From: an archaeon
Lineage (GTDB): Archaea > Nanobdellota > Nanobdellia > Pacearchaeales > GW2011-AR1
Length of the DNA: 41,513 nt
Direction of reading: 5' to 3'
Assembly (NCBI GenBank): GCA_043817815.1
Contig: JBDRGM010000017.1
Coordinates: forward strand, 1-41,513
The translations under genes and the position numbers were made by a program. Under the pieces are notes generated by a model that saw nothing but the letters and a program-made list of their open reading frames with translations, made no database searches and had not been told where the DNA came from. The first letter of the stretch is position 1; every line of letters starts with the position of its first letter. Shown piece by piece: positions 37,766-41,513 of this stretch.

Positions 37766-39904
37766 TTATCTAAAACCTAACCAAATCAAAATAACAATTA
37801 ATATAAGCAATATTAAGACCCCAATCAATATCCAGAACCAATTGACAGGTTTTTTTTCTAATAAAGATTCAGTTATTTCTTCCTGACAGCCAACAGATTC
37901 AATTGGTTTGTCAATAGTGTTTTCACAATAATTAATATCTTCACAATTTCTGGTTTTTATCTGGTCATAACAAGCAGTCCAGCCACCACATTCCCAAATA
38001 GGCACACACTCAGAAAATAAATTTATAAATTTCATTGATTTCTTATCATCGTCGTCATCTTCTTTGACACACTTTCCACTTTTGCATTCTTCATCAGAAT
38101 CGCATTCTTCAACAATTTCAATTTCAGTTTCACTTGAGCAAGTTCCATCAATACACTTTGGAATTGTATGTTCTTTTACAACATCATCTCCTTGGCAATA
38201 TTTATCACCATAGTAAGGTTCACCGCAGTCTAAATCTATTATACATTCAGGAGGTTCTGGTAAACATTGTCCATTATTACATCCAAATTCACACTCTTCA
38301 ACAACTATTATTCCTCCAATCTCAACAGAACAAATTCCATTAATACAAACAGGAGTAGTGAGTGTTTTTACAACATTATTTCCTTGACAATACTTCTCAC
38401 TATAATATGGATAACCACAATCTAAATTTATTTGACACTCTTGTGGTTGAGGCAAACACTCTCCATTACTGCATCCGAACTCACAAGTTTGAAATAGCTT
38501 GCTCTTAACATTGCTTGAGCAATAAGATTGATAAGTCCCTGGATTGTTGCAGGCATACTGCTTGAAATCTTTCCAGACATTTCCATATTTACAATAAGCA
38601 TTTCCAATAAACCCGTTTTGACCACAATTTGAATTAATAGAGCATGTGATTTGTTCTATTAAACACTGGGCAGAACACCCGTCATAATTATTAGTATTTC
38701 CATCATCACACTCCTCATTTCCATTTATAATACCATCACCACAATAAGGTTCTACAACCCCTTCAACATAAAATCCTAATATTGCAGTATCTTCTGGATT
38801 TGTTTTTCCAATACAATAACAATCTGATGAATATGCAACACCAGTTACCTTTATGGTATAATCCCCTCCATAATCAGGTGTCCATTGAAATGAAATTTCT
38901 TTAGGATTTATTGTATTAGGATTTTTATCAAGTGTTAAATAATCAGAATAAACAACAACATTTTCAGAGTCTATTATTATATATTCTACTTTTGTTTGAA
39001 CAGCAATTTTATTATAATTTGAATCTGCATAGTTGCTTATTTTATTATAAGTGATTGTTACCAAATCTCCTTCTTGTGCAAATTGAGGTGTTGCAGTTAA
39101 GTCGTTTATTATTGTATAACATTCATTTTGAGGTCTTTCTGCCCATACAGCAAATATTTTTTCTGAGTATTGCACAAAACTTGAAGAGCACTGGCAGTCA
39201 GTTATGTCAGTTGTAACACGAGCAGTGTATTCACCTTCTTCCTGAGGTGTCCATTTAAACTGTATATTTTCTGATGTGTCCATTAATATATTAAGGTCTG
39301 AGTAATCACTATAAACTAAAACATCTAATTCATTGTAGATTTCAAGCGTAACTCTTGTTTCAGCAGAGTAATAGTCTTCATAACCTGCAGGAAACCATTT
39401 TAATTGTAAATCTGTAAAAGCACTATATGCATCTGCTTCAAGATTTGCCTTTATATTTATTACAACAGGTTCATTTGCATAATTTGAATTTGTAATACTA
39501 AAAGAATCAATTGGTGAGTGGCAGTCTTTTGCCTTATTTAAATGATAATCATATTGTACACTAGTCCCATAACCCCATACCCATTCCTTATATTCTTTAG
39601 GCAAATAGCATTCTTTAAAAGAAAAATGCGAATAATAATCAGGGTTGCTTGCAGTTGAACTGGGATTATAAGGGTACTCAAAAGTTAAGGAGTTTGAATT
39701 TCCTGTATTTAAATTATAGATTAGACTTCCTTGAGAAGAACAGGATAAATCAGAACAAGTGTATAATATTTCCTGAACTCCTGTAACTGGCTCAAGAGTT
39801 GAAGAATCATAAAAAATATCTGTTTGTTGGACTCCTGTAACAGCATAAACAATAGATAGGCTAAATAAAGCAATTAAGGTTATTAGTAAATATTTTGAGT
39901 TCAT
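37766..39904 (-). CDS. Cys-rich membrane-anchored surface protein with Ig-like repeats and a Myxococcus-type Cys repeat
   Basis: Signal peptide, two FxWTP..G.Y Ig-like units, CGDGIINGNEECDDGN..DGCSAQC, tandem C...C-G...YC modules, C-terminal TM. Confidence 0.78.
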   Translation of the reverse strand: MNSKYLLITLIALFSLSIVYAVTGVQQTDIFYDSSTLEPVTGVQEILYTCSDLSCSSQGSLIYNLNTGNSNSLTFEYPYNPSSTASNPDYYSHFSFKECYLPKEYKEWVWGYGTSVQYDYHLNKAKDCHSPIDSFSITNSNYANEPVVINIKANLEADAYSAFTDLQLKWFPAGYEDYYSAETRVTLEIYNELDVLVYSDYSDLNILMDTSENIQFKWTPQEEGEYTARVTTDITDCQCSSSFVQYSEKIFAVWAERPQNECYTIINDLTATPQFAQEGDLVTITYNKISNYADSNYNKIAVQTKVEYIIIDSENVVVYSDYLTLDKNPNTINPKEISFQWTPDYGGDYTIKVTGVAYSSDCYCIGKTNPEDTAILGFYVEGVVEPYCGDGIINGNEECDDGNTNNYDGCSAQCLIEQITCSINSNCGQNGFIGNAYCKYGNVWKDFKQYACNNPGTYQSYCSSNVKSKLFQTCEFGCSNGECLPQPQECQINLDCGYPYYSEKYCQGNNVVKTLTTPVCINGICSVEIGGIIVVEECEFGCNNGQCLPEPPECIIDLDCGEPYYGDKYCQGDDVVKEHTIPKCIDGTCSSETEIEIVEECDSDEECKSGKCVKEDDDDDKKSMKFINLFSECVPIWECGGWTACYDQIKTRNCEDINYCENTIDKPIESVGCQEEITESLLEKKPVNWFWILIGVLILLILIVILIWLGFR

Positions 39905-40539
39905 CTTGCGCCTCCGCCTCCAGAGCCTCCGCCCCCAGCTCCTCCAGCTCCATCTCCACCAGAACCTCCAGCACCGCCAAAGCCTCCAGCACCATTACCT
40001 CCTGCTCCAGCATCTCCTCCGTTTCCTGCGTCTGGTATTTTTTTATCAATAGTGTAAATAATAAATCTATTTGGATTATCTTTAAGTTGCTTGGCATAAA
40101 TCTCAGACTTTTCACTTTCTCCTGTCTTGTAAGCTATTGCAGTTCTTTGCACATTTTCAGGATTAGTATAACAAGGAACATCATGACTTAATATTTTGAC
40201 TTTTTTTAAATCAGATCTTTTTTTAACAATCTCTTCTAGTTTTAAAGCATCTACTTTCTTCCAGTCCTTTGCTCTAAAATCTAATTTATAAATATCATTT
40301 TTTGGGTCTATAACCAAAAGATTTATTTTGTCCTCTTTTTTAGGAGCATAAAAATCAAATTTGTCTTTTTCTTTAAGATAAAAGTCTATTTCTGAACATT
40401 GGATATAAGGAGTAATAGATTCTTCTCTTAACCCTCTATCAAGATAAAATCCTGTGCTACATCCACTAGAGAAGGCTGTTAAACAACTTAACATAACTAT
40501 TGTTCTTTTTAATTTCTCTTTTATGTTGTGTTTTTTCAT
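39901..40539 (-). CDS. putative lipoprotein with Gly-rich C-terminal tail
   Basis: AFSSGC lipobox-like motif; GGDAGAGG...GGGAR tail; ATGA overlap with the next gene. Confidence 0.6.
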   Translation of the reverse strand: MKKHNIKEKLKRTIVMLSCLTAFSSGCSTGFYLDRGLREESITPYIQCSEIDFYLKEKDKFDFYAPKKEDKINLLVIDPKNDIYKLDFRAKDWKKVDALKLEEIVKKRSDLKKVKILSHDVPCYTNPENVQRTAIAYKTGESEKSEIYAKQLKDNPNRFIIYTIDKKIPDAGNGGDAGAGGNGAGGFGGAGGSGGDGAGGAGGGGSGGGGAR

Positions 40540-40647
40540 ATATAGCTCCTATTGTCTCATTATAACTTAATATAACTTAATAATAGTAACATTTTTTATT
40601 TATAAAGATTTATATTTTTTATAACCTATATTTTTTTAGGACAAGTC

Positions 40648-40700
40648 AGTAGTGAATAGTAGTGAATTTTTAAGATTTAGTGAATTTTTAAGATTTAGTG
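40648..40700. repeat. short intergenic tandem repeats
   Basis: agtagtgaat x2 overlapping agtgaatttttaagattt x2. Confidence 0.6.
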
Positions 40701-40713
40701 TATTTTTTAACAA

Positions 40714-41466
40714 TCAGATATATTTATTATAAGTGTATTTTTTATTCTTGCTTGTTTGTCTTGCTTGTTTGTCTTGCTTGTTTGTCTTGTTCTTTTTTAT
40801 TGTTATTACTATAATTCCAGCAATTAAAATTACTAATATAATTATTATTCCAATTCCTGTTCCTGATTGAGCAAATCCAATAGCAGCTCCTGTTATTCCA
40901 AAAATAAAATTTCCTTTTTGTTCTTCTTGAGTTGTTGATTCTTTGTTTTGATTTGTTTCTTCTTCCTCTTCAACATTTAAGTTAACAAGATTATTATTTG
41001 TATCTGTGTTTGTATTAAGTGCAGAACCCCCACTACTTCCTCCAGAAGAACCTCCTCCACCGCCTCCTCCACCAGAAGAGTCACCGCCAGAACTTGGGGG
41101 AGTAGTTGGGCTAGTTACAGTAACAGCTAAGTTTAATTGTGTTGAACCACCATTTTCAAAGATAGCAGTACTTCCTGTATTTATATCCTTAACATAAAAT
41201 TCTATTGTTTTTCCTTCATAAGTTCCTTCTGGGTCTGTTATTAAAAATAAAGGATTATAACCATATTTTCCTTCTAAACTTGTTGTGGTAGCAACAATTA
41301 CAACTCCATCTATTTTAGCAACCACAGACACTCCATTTGGCGCAGGAGCACCATTATAACTCACATCCCCATAAAATTGATGCGGTACACCAGGCCCAAA
41401 AGCCATAACAAAAGTTAAACTAAGAATAAATACAAAAAATAATGTAAGGGTGATTTTATTATTCAT
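40714..41466 (-). CDS. secreted/membrane-anchored surface protein with G/S linker
   Basis: Signal peptide, PHQFYGDVSYNGAPAPNG domain, poly-G/S linker, ITGAAI-TM-basic tail. Confidence 0.75.
   Translation of the reverse strand: MNNKITLTLFFVFILSLTFVMAFGPGVPHQFYGDVSYNGAPAPNGVSVVAKIDGVVIVATTTSLEGKYGYNPLFLITDPEGTYEGKTIEFYVKDINTGSTAIFENGGSTQLNLAVTVTSPTTPPSSGGDSSGGGGGGGGSSGGSSGGSALNTNTDTNNNLVNLNVEEEEETNQNKESTTQEEQKGNFIFGITGAAIGFAQSGTGIGIIIILVILIAGIIVITIKKNKTNKQDKQARQTSKNKKYTYNKYI
40746..40789. repeat. 13-bp tandem repeat x3 inside a CDS tail
   Basis: tcttgcttgtttg x3 plus tcttg. Confidence 0.75.
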
Positions 41467-41513
41467 TTTAATATTTTTTCAACGCTAGACTATTTAAAGA
41501 TTTATATTAAAAA

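Noticed and set aside
40648-40789. Possible CRISPR or iteron array
   Set aside because: Adjacent short tandem units without unique spacers; no cas or rep genes.
521-41197. Numerous short antisense or alternative-frame ORFs in the track (e.g. 521..850, 3202..3561, 13586..13993, 35454..35786, 39895..40191)
   Set aside because: Shadows of well-supported genes, with no motifs or independent promoters.

Overview
AT-rich archaeal DNA with leaderless genes and TATA boxes about 25 nt upstream of the start codons. Gene content and the SRP RNA suggest a DPANN (Pacearchaeota/Woesearchaeota-like) organism; this is inference. The window is a gene-level palindrome. The left arm (220-12831, +) and right arm (18578-30198, -) carry the same ordered cluster: small ORF, 2 TadC/PilC, 2 pilin-like genes, archease, RtcB, Cys-rich surface protein, PKD surface protein. 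The copies are diverged and converge on a single-copy core of oapA/arvA-oapB-oapC, CCA-adding enzyme, TrmB and a presenilin-like protease. The right arm also holds the pilus ATPase, further class III signal-peptide genes, an SRP RNA and several surface proteins. Best candidate for a new system: a free-standing, intein-less LAGLIDADG endonuclease inserted into the 5' end of rtcB. It leaves the original first 22 codons stranded upstream and appears to supply a divergent replacement N-terminus, with an older rtcB 3' relic downstream. Other signals: a synonymously recoded duplicate gene end after oapB, near-identical DNA modules shared between pilin and adhesin genes, variable gene slots that differ between the arms, and a non-canonical SRP RNA S-domain. 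An assembly chimera cannot be excluded for the palindrome.
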